From contig NIVC01001059.1 of the NCBI GenBank assembly GCA_002269645.1, forward strand, positions 1 to 64,000: a stretch of DNA of 64,000 nt, read 5' to 3'. Shown here one piece after another: positions 43,801 to 55,472 of the stretch; position 1 is the first letter of the stretch; each line of letters starts with the position of its first letter. The position numbers were made by a program, and so were the translations under genes. The notes below the pieces were generated by a model that had not been told where the DNA came from, made no database searches, and was given only the letters and a program-made list of their open reading frames with translations. Origin of the DNA: Macrostomum lignano. Lineage: Eukaryota.

Positions 43801-46800
43801 AGCCGCCGGAGTCCCGGTTGGGGGCATTTAAGAATAAACTGCCCAGCGTCTGCTCAGCATCTGCTCAGCCTCCGGTCACCCTCGTCTCTACGCGGACCGG
43901 TCGGATTTCGTGCCGCCGGAGCTTCTCTTTTGAGGAGGAGAAAAGTTGTGGACTCTCGGGGCTGGCAAAATCCCACCTCCTCTTGAGCTCACCGTGTGCT
44001 CACCACCATCTTCAGGCTTCCTTAATCTTGCACTCTTCAGCGCCTTACTGGCTCGTACCTTTTGTCTCGGCTAGTTAGAATCTTTACTTGTATTATTAGC
44101 TTTCTGTACGGTTGAGCGAGTCGGACATGTGGCTGTGCCATGCTCTGTATCCTAACCCCAGCCCTAACCCCAGCCCTAACCCCAGCCCTAACCCCAGCCC
44201 TAACCCCAGCCCTAACCCCAGCCCTAACCCCAGCCCTAACCCTAGCCCTAACCCCAGCCCTAACCCCAGCCCTAACCCCAGCCCTAACCCCAGCCCTAAC
44301 CCCAGCCCTAACCCCAGCCCTAACCCTAGCCCTAACCCTAACCATAACCCTAACCCTAGCCAAAGAAGCAGTGCAATGCAGATCCGAATGATAAACGCAA
44401 AGCGTAGTACCTTTTATGGACATATAGCATCGCTTTGATTTGCTATCTAACGAGTAGAAGGACAGATATGCTAAGTAGCAATGCGTGCCGAGATTTCATT
44501 TCCGAAGATTTTTGATATTATTAACCTTTGTATTTTGAGCCAAGAAATTCGTATCTCTCAGTTAGTCACGGCGGCAGTCTCCAGTGCACTGCCCCGGCAT
44601 TGATAATATTGCAATAGTTATTAATCTGGGATCTGGCAGAGATATCAAACAGACAGCCTGCTCAGGCCGCCACAGGCCGTGTATCTCCATGGCTGGAGCA
44701 GGGCTGATCAGGAAACAGCTAATCAAGTTAATCAGAGGCATTGCCGGCATTGCGGATGTATGAATTGGATTGACAACAGGGCTGAGCGTCTTTGATTGAT
44801 TGCCCAATCCGCCGGCCGAACCCGGTCAGGACATGCCACCGCATTCGCACCCGGCCCGGGGTCTGCACCACTTTTTCTGACTTATTGTGCGGCTTGATGG
44901 GGAAACAAAGGGCGCGGCCCCTGGCCTGAACGGGCGCATGCATGCACAGGCTGCACTCCTGACAATGCTCAAGTCTCAAGGATGACTCAAAACATTTTTA
45001 TAGGAAGACACGCTGGCCTGGTTCGGGCCGAACTCGCCGGACTTCCCGCTGACTGTTGGCGACCGAGTGTTCACGCCGGACTCGAGGTTCGGCGTCGAGG
45101 CCCGGCAGCTGGGCCACTTTATGGAGTTCAGTCTGAGCATCAGCTTTGCCGCGGAGAGCGACTCGGGCCGCTACCGCTGCCAATTTGGCAGACCGCCACG
45201 GAGACAGGAGGTCCTCCTGACTGTGCGGGGTGAGCGAGGGTTCGATGGCCGTAAAGCTGCTTAAGAGCTAGGGGGGTGAGGTGGGTGCAGGAATGAGGGT
45301 TGGGACAGCCGGGGCGTGAGGTGGGTGCAGGAATGAGGGGTGGGGACAGCCGGGGCGTGAGGTGGGTGCAGGAATGAGGGGTGGGGACAGCCGGGGCGTG
45401 AGGTGGGTGCAGGAATGAAGGGTGGGGACAGCCGGGGCGTGAGGTGGGTGCAGGAATGAGGGGTGGGGACAGCCGGGGCGGGAGGTGGGTGCAGAAATGA
45501 GGGGTGGGGACAGCAGGGGCGTGAAGTGGAACAAGAAATGATGCAGGCATCTCGGCATTGCTCGTGTGGCTATTTTTTTATTTTAGCTTTGTGGCTAAAA
45601 GTCCTTGGTTTTGGGAGGAAGACCGAAAGTGGAGATGCCCAACCTCAGCCCTCATTCCTGCAAGCAGCACACCCTTGACCACACCCAGGTTGCAGGAGGA
45701 AGTGAAACTTAGCAACAAATCGATGGCTAAGATTAGCAACAAGACCAATTAACAGAGTCGTAAGTTTTGAACTTAGTCATGCCACTAAGGATGTCCATTT
45801 TTTAGATTAAGAATTTTGTTCAAAACACGAAGTTCAGAGAAACATGAGACCGCAGCCGTTATTTGGCTATTTTTAGATACTTAGGGCTTTTGTTAGCTGG
45901 CATAATTGCTAGTTTCGCTGTGCGAAATTTCTGTTATGGAATAACAATGGCAGAAAGCACTGATTGCCTCAGACGCAGAGCTGAGATCTGTGGAGTCAGG
46001 TGTAGGTGAAACGCCTAGGGTAGGGGGTGGCATTGAGCAGAGTCTGATGCCCCCGGCCTTGCCCGCTAATGATACACGGGTGGGATCGTCATTAGTATGG
46101 CGCGGCTGATGGAGACGGGCAGCTGGGGGAGCGTGATTATTCGCAGTTTGAGCTGGCGGGGAGGCTGCACCGAGCTAAAAAGACAAACCGCTGGGAGCAG
46201 GATGCGAGCTACAGATGAAGTACATTTGCTCGCTGAGCTGTTACGCGCGCATCCGGCCTTTACCTGCCCGGCCCTGTTAACTCCGCACCCCACGCCAAAT
46301 GCTCGCATTTCAGGCGGTCCGACCGAGGTGGAACACGACTCAGGAAGTGAGTAACAGCTGGCGGCTCTGTTTGCTCAGATGGGGCACGGGAGAGGAGAGC
46401 TCGGGGGCTTGGAGAGAAGTGCAGTCTCCCTCTGCTCTGTTGCTACTTTTTCTGGCCGTTTTCATCTATTAGAAGCAGAAGGCGGAACAACAAAAGCGCT
46501 CCGGTTAAAGACCGACTGTGACCGAGTGACTGAAATGCCTGCTGAGACTGGACTGGCCACTTCAGCAAAAAGGGAGTTTGTCCAGAAATGCAAGTCTGAG
46601 GGGAGATGCTCACGCAGTCTCGGGGGAGATGCTCACGCAGTCTTGGGAGCTGCTCACGCAGTCTTTGGGAAATACTCACGCACTCTTTGAGAGATGCTCA
46701 CGCAGTCTTTGGGAGATGCTCACGCAGTCTTTGAGAGATGCTCACGCAGTCTTTGGGAGATGCTCACGCAGTCTTTGAGAGATGCTCACGCAGTCTTTGG

Positions 46801-49800
46801 GAGATGCTCACGCAGTCTTTGGGAGATGCTCACGCAGTCTTTGGGAGATGCTCACGCAGTCTGGGGGAGATGCTCACGCAGTCTCGGGGAGATGCTCACG
46901 CAGTCTCGGGGAGATGCTCACGCAGTCTCGGGGAGATGCTCACGCAGTCTTTGGGAGATGCTCACGCAGTCTCGGGGAGATGCTCACACAGTCTTGGGGG
47001 AGATGCTCACGCAGTCTCGGGAGATGCTCACGCAGTCTCGGAGAGATGCTCACGCAGTCTTTGGGAGATGCTCACGCAGTCTTTGGGAGATGCTCACGCA
47101 GTCTTTGGGAGATGCTCACGCAGTCTCGGGGGAGATGCTCACGCAGTCTCGGGGGAGATGCTCACGCAGTCTCGGGGGAGATGCTCACGCAGTCTCGGGG
47201 AGATTCTCACGCAGTCTCGGGGAGATTCTCACGCAGCAGTCTCGGGGGAGATGCTCACGCAGTCTCGGGGAGATTCTCACGCAGCAGTCTCGGGGGAGAT
47301 GCTCACGCAGTCTCGGGGAGATGCTCACGCAGTCTCGGGGAGATTCTCACGCAGTCTCGGGGAGATTCTCACGCAGCAGTCTCGGGGGAGATGCTCACGC
47401 AGTCTCGGGGGAGATGCTCACGCAGTCTCGGGGGAGATGCTCACGCAGTCTCGGGGAGATTCTCACGCAGCAGTCTCGGGGGAGATGCTCACGCAGTCTC
47501 GGGGAGATGCTCACGCAGTCTCGGGGAGATGCTCACGCAGTCTCGGGGAGATGCTCACGCAGTCTCGGGGGAGATGCTCACGCAGTCTCGGGGGAGATGC
47601 TCACGCAGTCTCGGGGGAGATGCTCACGCAGTCTCATGGGAGATTTTTAATGGATCTCAAGGAGATTTTCGCGGAGTCTGGGGTAGATGCTCCGTAGTCT
47701 CATGAAGTCTTACGGGAGATTCTCACTAGATCTGGGGGGAGATTTTTGTGAAATCTCGAGAGAAAAGAGATTATCATGGGATGATCTCACCGGGCTCAAA
47801 GTCTCGGACGGATTCACGGTAGGACGAACTTCAAAGGGGAGATTCTCAGGTCGGTAGTCGCACATAGCGCAGCCCAAATCACCTGTCAGTTTCTGTCAAT
47901 GACAGGCCTGATTGGCTTTCTTTCAGCCTTCGAAACCCCACTCGCCTCAGGTGATCGGAACAGCCCCTGACTTGGCAGATAAACATGCATTCTGGCACCC
48001 CATGGCTGCACCATCGCAATGTCTAATTTCCGGAATGCCCGGCCTCGCCCCTTCCCTCCCGCTCCCGCCACCGCCCTGGGAGAGCCGCTTTCGCACCTGC
48101 TGTCTGCCCAGTCCAACATTGTGAATGAGGGCGGTTGCCGGGCGGGGCCAGAATTCATCATTCTGCCACCCCCGCGCCCCCACTTAAAAATCCTCTCAAC
48201 GTTTTTTCGAAAGGAAAACAACATTTTCTTAATTGCTCTTTCAATCTCTTAGGGAGATTAAAGAAAATGGTTGAACCACTTTTCGGACTTCGGTTTCTTA
48301 ATTAAGAATGAGGGTGGGTCTTCCTGTCTATAGAATTCTGTGCAGTGGCCATCCTGACTGCGCCGCATTTTAGTCACCGCTAATATGTAGGAAAACTCCC
48401 TGCGAGTTCCCACGGGGCGTTGCCAATGGGCGTTCCCTTCTCAATGGAGATTCCTAAGGGAAATTCCTAAGATAGACTACAAAGGGGATTCCAAAAGGGA
48501 TTCCCAAAAGGATTCCCAAAGGAATTCCCGAGGAATATTGCAAAATAGGAGTTTCCAAGGCGAATTCTCAAGTACGGAGTTTGAATGGCGAGTTCTCGAG
48601 GTTCTCAATGTGGTTTTCCCTAGGGGGATTCCCAAAGGGAGTTGCGACAGGGTTTTCCCTAGGGGGATTCCCAAAGGGAGTTGCGACAGGGTTTTCCCTT
48701 GGGGGATTCCCAAAGGGGAGTTGCCACAGGGTTTTCCCTTGGGGGATTCCAAAAGAGAGTTGCGACAGGGTTTTCCCTTGGGGGATTCCCAAAGGGGAGT
48801 TGCCACAGGGTTTTCCCTTGGGGGATTCCCAAAGGGAGTTGCGACAGGGTTTTCCCTTGGGGGATTTCCAAAGGGAGTTGCGACAGGGTTTTCACTTGGG
48901 GGATTCCCAAAGGGAGTTGCGACAGGGTTTTCCCTTGGGGGATTCCCAAAGGGGAGTTGCCACAGGGTTTTCCCTTGGGGGATTCCCAAAGGGAGTTGCG
49001 ACAGGGTTTTCCCTTGGGGGATTCCCAAAGGGAAGTTGCCAAAGGGTTTTCCCTTGGGGGATTCCCAAAGGGGAGTTGCCACAGGGTTTTCCCTAGGGGG
49101 ATTCCCAAAGGGAGTTGCCACAGGGTTTTCCCTAGGGGGATTCCCAAAGGGATTTGCCACAGGGTTTTCCCTAGGGGGATTTCCAAAATGGATTTAGCAA
49201 GGGGGTTTCTAAGGGTGGAATTTACAAGCATTGAATAAGTTTTATTTCGTTAGCCATATTTAGAAAAACTTTGCGCCAGAAATTTCTCGAGCCCCTGGTA
49301 CGCACAAGGGGGAGAACAGCTGCATATTCCCGCTGCTGGGTTCGGCTCTACTGGCTGGCAACTATTCAGAGCTGATTATGAAAAGTGCTCAATTCGAAAT
49401 GCAGACTGTTCGAATACTTTGGAAAGTCTCGAGTAGTCACGGGAAGTAAAAATCCGAGTTTATGCTTGCAGTTTTATGGTCACAGTGGGATCCGCCAGTC
49501 CGCATGTCCCGCAGTCATTAATAATTCATTAGGGTGCGATCATCCTGCAGACGCTGATTTGGCCTTTTTTGCCTGCTCGATCCGTGTCCAAATTCTCGGA
49601 AAACCAAGATTTACAGTCAAGACAGCACAGTTAGGAACACTGAAGCACTGCAACACTGCAACACTGCAACACTGCAACGCTGCAACACTGCAACACTGCA
49701 ACATTGCAACACTGCAACACTGCAACATTGCAACACTGCAACACTGCAACACTGCAGCACTGCAACACTGCAACACTGCAACACTGCAACACTGCAACGC

Positions 49801-51610
49801 TGCAACACTGCAACACTGCAACACTGCAACACTGCAGCACTGCAACACTGCAGCACTGCAACACTGCAACACTGCAACACTGCAACACTGCAACACTGCA
49901 ACACTGCAACAATCCAACACTGCAACACTGCAACAATCCAACACTGCAACACTGCAACACTGCAACAATCCAACACTGCAACACTGCAGCACTGCAACAC
50001 TGCAACACTGCAGCACTGCAACACTGCAACACTGCAACACTGCAACACTGCAACACTGCAACACTGCAACACTGCAACACTGCAACACTGCAACATTGCA
50101 ACACTGCAGCACTGCAACATTGCAACACTGCAGCACTGCAACATTGCAACACTGCAACACTGCAACGCTGAAGCACTGAAGCACTGCAACACTGCAACAC
50201 TGCAACAATCCAACACTGCAACACTGCAGCACTGCAACACTGCAACACTGCAGCACTGCAACACTGCAACACTGCAACACTGCAACACTGCAACACTGCA
50301 ACACTGCAACACTGCAACATTGCAACACTGCAGCACTGCAAAATTGCAACACTGCAACACTGCAACACTGCAGCACTGCAACATTGCAACACTGCAACAC
50401 TGCAACACTGCAACACTGCAACACTGCAACACTGCAACACTGCAACACTGCAACACTGCAACACTGCAACACCAGAACGCCACTCTCCCCGCCAGTCTCC
50501 ACAGTCCTGCCCAGGCTGGTTCGCCTCGGCGACACGGCCAGCCTGCGCTGCAGCAGCCTCATGAGCCGCCAGGAGGAGATCGACCTCAACTGGCAGCGGG
50601 CCAGCGGGCTCTGGGCGGTTGGCGACGAGGCCGACCGGATCAGCCGGACCAAGCAGATCAGCTCCGAGGGTCGCCGCACCCGCCTGACTTCCTGGCTGAA
50701 CATCCGGGACGCAAGGCTGAGCGACGCCGGCGAGTTTCGGTGCGTCCGCAGCCTGCGAGGCGTCGACGGAGTTGAGAGGCGGGACACCGCGACGGTGCTG
50801 CTGAAGGGTGAGTTGACTGAGGGCTGAGGTGGGTGCTGAGCTGCTGAGGTGGGTGCTGAGCTGCTGAGGTGGGTGCTGAGCTGCTGAGGTGGGTGCTGAG
50901 CTGCTGAGGTGGGTGCTGAGCTGCTGAGGTGGGTGCTGAGCTGCTGAGGTGGGTGCTGAGCTGCTGAGGTGGGTGCTGAGCTGCTGAGGTGGGTGCTGAG
51001 CTGCTGAGGTGGGTGCTGAGCTGCTGAGGTGGGTGCTGAGCTGCTGAGGTGGGTGCTGAGCTGCTGAGGTGGGTGCTGAGCTGCTGAGGTGGGTGCTGAG
51101 CTGCTGAGGTGGGTGCTGAGGCTGTCAACCGGCCACGCCCGCCCGCAGTCCGGCTGAGCCGCAGCCAGTTCCTACAGCTTCGTCGGACAACGCGGGCGCC
51201 GATGCTGGCGGCCACCCGGGCGCCGCCGCCAGAGCCGGCCAGCTGGCAGGTCGGCGCTGACCGCCTGGCCGGCAGCAGCGGAGGCCGCGGCAGCGGCCAC
51301 GGCTCAGAATCGCCTGATTTCACGGACAGAGCTCAGAGCGATGGTGAGTCACAGTGTGAAGAATCTGGTAGATTTCCGAGCCCACCCAGAGCTCACTCAT
51401 TCACTCACTGGTCGCCTCATCCACATCCCAGCCTCCGCAGGGCGAGCGGCAGTGGAGCGTTACGGACTGCATCAGGGGCTGGACGGCGAGTCCGGGCGGC
51501 AGCAGCATCGGGGGCGGCCCGCAAACTCGGCAGTCCGGCCCGGCGCGCTGGCTGCAGCGCCAGCTCTGGCTGCGGCGCTGGCTGTTTGGCGCCATCGATT
51601 TGCCTGCTGA
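37893..51610 (+). CDS. GPI-anchored two-Ig-domain cell-surface protein, Dpr/ZIG-8-like; exons 37893..37947, 40793..40875, 45004..45229, 50496..50807, 51149..51343, 51432..51610 (349 aa)
   Basis: Signal peptide MRLLGRHRSLCWLLTVAAA; Ig1 VTVEAGDFALLPCLVSGL...LAWF...LTVGDRVFTPDSRF...DSGRYRCQ; Ig2 LGDTASLRC...LNWQ...LNIRDARLSDAGEFRC; hydrophobic C-tail NSAVRPGALAAAPALAAALAVWRHRFAC*. All junctions are GT-AG and phase-consistent (1050 nt). Confidence 0.85.
38524..39333. repeat. About 20-25-bp minisatellite (CAGTGAGGGCTGCAGATGCCCCC)n with a variable C run
   Basis: Direct periodicity. Confidence 0.95.
40885..41140. repeat. 46-bp minisatellite (GAGGGGATTCACTCAGGCTGGGGTCACTTCCCCAGGTGCGACAGCT)n
   Basis: Units at 40933, 40979 and onward; starts about 10 nt after the donor at 40876. 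Confidence 0.95.
41779..42150. repeat. 9-bp minisatellite (ACTGAGGRC)n
   Basis: Direct periodicity. Confidence 0.95.
42551..42896. repeat. Imperfect inverted repeat: 76-bp arms (42551-42626, 42821-42896) around a 194-bp spacer; MITE-like
   Basis: TGTGCgCCAATCAGCACcGCgCCTCAGcGCaGCCTTGCCAAgCCTCCAAATTTCAaCAGCACGTC aligns to the reverse complement of arm 2, mostly with transition differences. Confidence 0.8.
44151..44359. repeat. Interstitial telomere-like array (CCCTAACCCCAG)n ending in CCCTAA units
   Basis: 12-bp unit is CCCTAA plus CCCCAG; terminal CCCTAACCCTAACCATAACCCTAA. Confidence 0.9.
45275..45535. repeat. 41-bp G-rich minisatellite (GAGGTGGGTGCAGGAATGAGGGGTGGGGACAGCCGGGGCGT)n
   Basis: Units at 45318, 45359 and onward. 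Confidence 0.95.
46602..47640. repeat. About 21-23-bp minisatellite (GGGAGATGCTCACGCAGTCTYK)n with a variant gradient
   Basis: TCTTT-type units on the left, TCTCG-type and ATTCTCACGCAGCAG units on the right. Confidence 0.95.
48610..49195. repeat. About 39-40-bp internally palindromic minisatellite (AGGGTTTTCCCTTGGGGGATTCCCAAAGGGGAGTTGCCAC)n
   Basis: Direct periodicity; each unit has a near-inverted pair CCCTTGGG / CCCAAAGGG. Confidence 0.93.
49640..50470. repeat. 8-bp minisatellite (ACTGCAAC)n
   Basis: Direct periodicity; ends about 25 nt before the Ig2 acceptor. Confidence 0.97.
50826..51121. repeat. 20-bp minisatellite (GAGGTGGGTGCTGAGCTGCT)n
   Basis: Perfect periodicity; fills almost the whole 50808-51148 intron. 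Confidence 0.97.
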
Positions 51611-51640
51611 AATTTGACTCTGGGGGCCTGTAGGGCTGCA

Positions 51641-51984
51641 GACCCGCTGTGAGGATCACTGGAGACCCGCTGTGGGGATCACTGGAGACCCGCTGTGGGG
51701 ATCACTGGAGACCCGCTGTGGGGATCACTGGAGACCCGCTGTGGGGATCACTGTCTGCTGGGATCACTGGAGACCCGCTGTGGGGATCACTGGAGACCCG
51801 CTGTGGGGATCACTGGAGACCCGCTGTGGGGATCACTGGAGACCCGCTGTGGGGATCACTGGAGACCCGCTGTGGGGATCACTGGAGACCCGCTGTGGGG
51901 ATCACTGGAGACCCGCTGTGGGGATCACTGGAGACCCGCTGTGGGGATCACTGGAGACCCGCTGTGGGGATCACTGCAGACCCT
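51641..51984. repeat. 23-bp minisatellite (GGGGATCACTGGAGACCCGCTGT)n
   Basis: Direct periodicity just after the Ig gene stop. Confidence 0.96.
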
Positions 51985-52593
51985 CTATGGGTACCACTTT
52001 GCGAAAAAGAGACTTTTCTAAACATCAAAACGAGTAAAAGCAGGGCTTGAAACCTAAAAAGGGGTTCAGAGCGCACCCAATTTCGGAGCATTTCCACGGA
52101 AAAATTTATTAAATTTTTGTTCGGGAAAACCCCGCCATCTCTAGGCAAGTATTGGTTGCCTTTCCCTGCTTTCTGCTTCTCCTTTTTTGCTTCGGCTCGA
52201 GAAACTCTGCAGGCCAGCACCCTGTTCGCGGTTTTGTTTTGGCGGTCAGTGCATGCCGCCGGGCATCGCCTCTGAACCCTCAACTGTTGTTAATTTTTTT
52301 CGCAATTTAAAGCTTTAATTATGCTTTTGTTCTCCCAAATGCTGGCATAATTTACAGCTGCTCTGTTTCCCGCTAATCCGCCTTTTCTTCTCAGCCGATG
52401 CAGCCAGTTTATCATCCCATCCGGCAACTGCAGTATCCGCTCAGCAACCTTTATTCTCATCGATTTTGCTAATTATCAATAAAATATTGCTTTTCGCGAC
52501 CGCTCTTGTACAAAAAATATGATTCGACTGCATGGTCTCATCTCGAATGCCTACTTAGCAAAGTTTGATTTTACTGAGTTCGTTTCTTGGAAC

Positions 52594-52932
52594 TGTGAGG
52601 GACAATATGGCACTGTGAGGGACAATATGGCACTGTGAGAGACAGTATGGCACTGTGAGAGACATATGGCACGTGAGGGACAATATGGCACTGTGAGAGA
52701 CAGTATGACACTGTGAGGGACAGTATGACACTGTGAGGGACAGTATGGCACTGTGAGAGACAGTATGGCACTGTGAGAGACAGTATGGCACTGTGAGGGA
52801 CAGTATGGCACTGTGAGGGACAGTATGGCACTGTGAGAGACAGTATGGCACTGTGAGAGACAGTATAGCACTGTGAGAGACAGTATGGCACTGTGAGAGA
52901 CAGTATGGCACTGTGAGAGACAGTATGGCACC
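52594..52932. repeat. 20-bp minisatellite (GGCACTGTGAGAGACAGTAT)n
   Basis: Direct periodicity just 3' of the stop at 52949 on the minus strand. Confidence 0.95.
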
Positions 52933-52948
52933 GGGAGGCCCACGGCAG

Positions 52949-53342
52949 TCACAGCAGGAAGCTGTCCAGCAGGACGAGCGCCCTCAGGACCAGGCGGGTC
53001 TCGCGCGGCCGGAAGCACTGCGCCCCCTGCACTTCCTGCTTCAGCTGGCCGTAGGCTCCGTCTGAGTCGGCGAACCGCAGGCAGGCCGTCCAGATCTTCC
53101 GCTGCTGCTCGGTGCTGACATCGAAGGCCGTCCGCAGGCAGCGCAGGAGGGCGCCGGGCTCCGGGCCACCGCACAGGCGGTGCAGTTGGTCCAGCAGGCG
53201 GGCGCCGAGGCGAGCCGAGGCAGACAGGCCGGCAGGGTCGGCGGCGTCTTGGCCGGCGGCAGAGTCGACCGTCCGCGCCAGCTTGGCCAGCTGCTCGGCC
53301 AGCTGATCCTCGGCCTCCCGCTGGCTGCCGCTGGCATCGGCG
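52949..53342 (-). CDS. Terminal coding exon of an unidentified gene (helical, ...LLRCLRTAFDVSTEQQRKIWTACLRF...LVLLDSFLL*)
   Basis: Acceptor ccaacatttcccag|C (phase 2), 131 GC3-rich codons including the closing TGA, then a minisatellite as seen after other host stops; upstream exons not identified. Confidence 0.6.
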
Positions 53343-54418
53343 CTGGGAAATGTTGGGGGGAGCCAAATGGCCAAATCGATGCGTCAGTCGATCCGCAATC
53401 AGCGAGGAGGCAAGCAGCCATGCCCGTCTCCTGACCCCTGAGCCCGCAATCCCACAGTGTGTACAGCGTACAGCTGAATCTGTACAAGTTTTACAGGTTT
53501 CTCATTATCGAACGATTGTGATTGGCCCTCGGGCGTGGATGGCACAACAAGCATTTTCTGGCCAGTTTTTTCAATAAATTAATGCGGATATATTATGCAA
53601 CAGGCATGCCATCCATGAAGCACATGTAGCAGCCTCAAAGCTGGTAACAGACCTGGCGATCAAAGTCTCGCGCAGCTCAGCATTGGTGCTCAAAACTTGG
53701 CCAAGCCGGCCCATACGCAGCCATACACATACAACAGACTGCGGCCGTTTCCCAACTCGTCCACAAAGTCCAGCGGCAAACTGCTTAAGTTGCTCTGCAT
53801 GGTTCAATTACAAACATCGGAACTGGATCGACCTTCTACTCGCAAGAAGGAAGGGGGCTTTTTGCTTCAGTCAATTCCTTATTGACAAAACTCCACTACC
53901 ATAGACAACAGGAGGTTCTAAATACGGCTCGTAGAATGGTCCGCAGACAAATTACCCGACGAACTTTTTGTTCGCCGCGAGTTTCGGTAAAGTGAAGGCT
54001 TCAGCTACAGCAGGAGACACAGTAGCACCAGCGACAGATTATAGATGCTCAGATGATACTCGTATTACACTGAGCTACTGAGGTTGACTTACGTACTTGA
54101 CTTTTAGCTTCAAGGGGCTCCGTGCGTCCGGAAACAGCGAGGAGGCGTTGCCGCCCATTTTGCTAACCCCTGGCGATCAGCTAGCTACTGAGGAGGTTTC
54201 CTGTGACTGCTGCAGCAGTAAATCAAGGACAACTTAAGTAGAAGGACGCAACAGTCGAAATCTATGGTAAATGTTTAGAAGGCAAAATTTCGCCGAAAAA
54301 TACACTACAGAGATAGGAGGTTTTAATTTTTTCAGCACAAAATTTTTTTGTGCTTTGATAGGAGGCAGATCCAATGTTCATCTTTTGATATGTTGTGCCT
54401 TTCTTATTGCTAAAGGCA

Positions 54419-54446
54419 AGATAGATAGATAGATAGATAGATAGAA
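54419..54446. repeat. (GATA)n microsatellite
   Basis: Direct. Confidence 0.9.
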
Positions 54447-54659
54447 GGTTTCACCGGAAAAATACACTACGGATCCGATAGGAAATTCCACGATTTTCAA
54501 CACTAGCTCGTAAAACAGTGATTGAGTCTCTTAACAGTGTCAGAGAAAGTTCTAATCACACTATTTTTGTGCCTCACATGCTGCTCAACGACGCATTAAT
54601 CGATTTCTCGTGTTAAATTTGGTCTTGTCATAATTTTAAACGTTTTTTTCCAATAAATA

Positions 54660-54801
54660 CAACGTCACAAATCTAGGTCAAAATTACGTAAAAAACATCG
54701 ACAGAATTGACGTCATTAAATGACGTCATTTCGACGTCGAACTTTGACCTATTTTCAACGTCACTTTGACGTCGCGCAACGTCACCACTTTGCTACCCGG
54801 G
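54660..54801. mobile_element. Possible EnSpm-type right end (clustered GACGTC/AACGTC motifs ending TTGCTACCCGGG)
   Basis: Resembles CCC...GGG-terminated animal EnSpm ends with subterminal motifs; no partner left end found. Confidence 0.3.
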
Positions 54802-55472
54802 ATATATGGTTACATTTGCCAAACTGTTCTTTCACTAATTTTTAGAGGCAATATTTCTCGCAACAACTTTTCGGAGCATGGAACATGGAGAGCCACATTT
54901 ACTAAAAACATTATGTCAATAGGATATTTTTGTTAAAGTCTCCGTACCCTCATCCGACATTATAACAGCAAGGACCACTGTAGTTTACAGGACAGGACGT
55001 AAAACTCAAAGATTGTGCATTTTTGGAGGCCAGCTTCGTGGAAAAGACACACTTCTTGCAGAAGGGAAAATTTTTTAATCTCAAATCAATGATTGCATTT
55101 GATCTGGGGCAGTGTAGATTGCTCTTTCATCTCAAAACCATTTTGATTGCATATGATATGGGGTTTTTATTTTCTATCAACAAAAATTACGGGTTTTGTC
55201 TATATTAACAACTTAAGCAGCAATATTTATACTTATGAATCTAATAAGCAATTAGATACCAAGTGTACATTAAGTAAAATAATTGCTTGTTCATATTTTT
55301 CTCCTGATTTTATATTGTCTGTGTTGTCTTGGATACAGCATAGATTTCTTTTTGAAAGGACAATCAACAGTATTTACAATTTACATAAAAGTAATCTTAA
55401 TATTAGTTTTGCTTTTGCCTCCAAGTTCTTTACAGTTTTTCGAGAATTTTTTGACTCCATAAAAATCTCAAC

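Noticed and set aside
48610-49195. CRISPR-like palindromic repeats
   Set aside because: Units are head-to-tail with no unique spacers, there are no cas genes, and the context is eukaryotic
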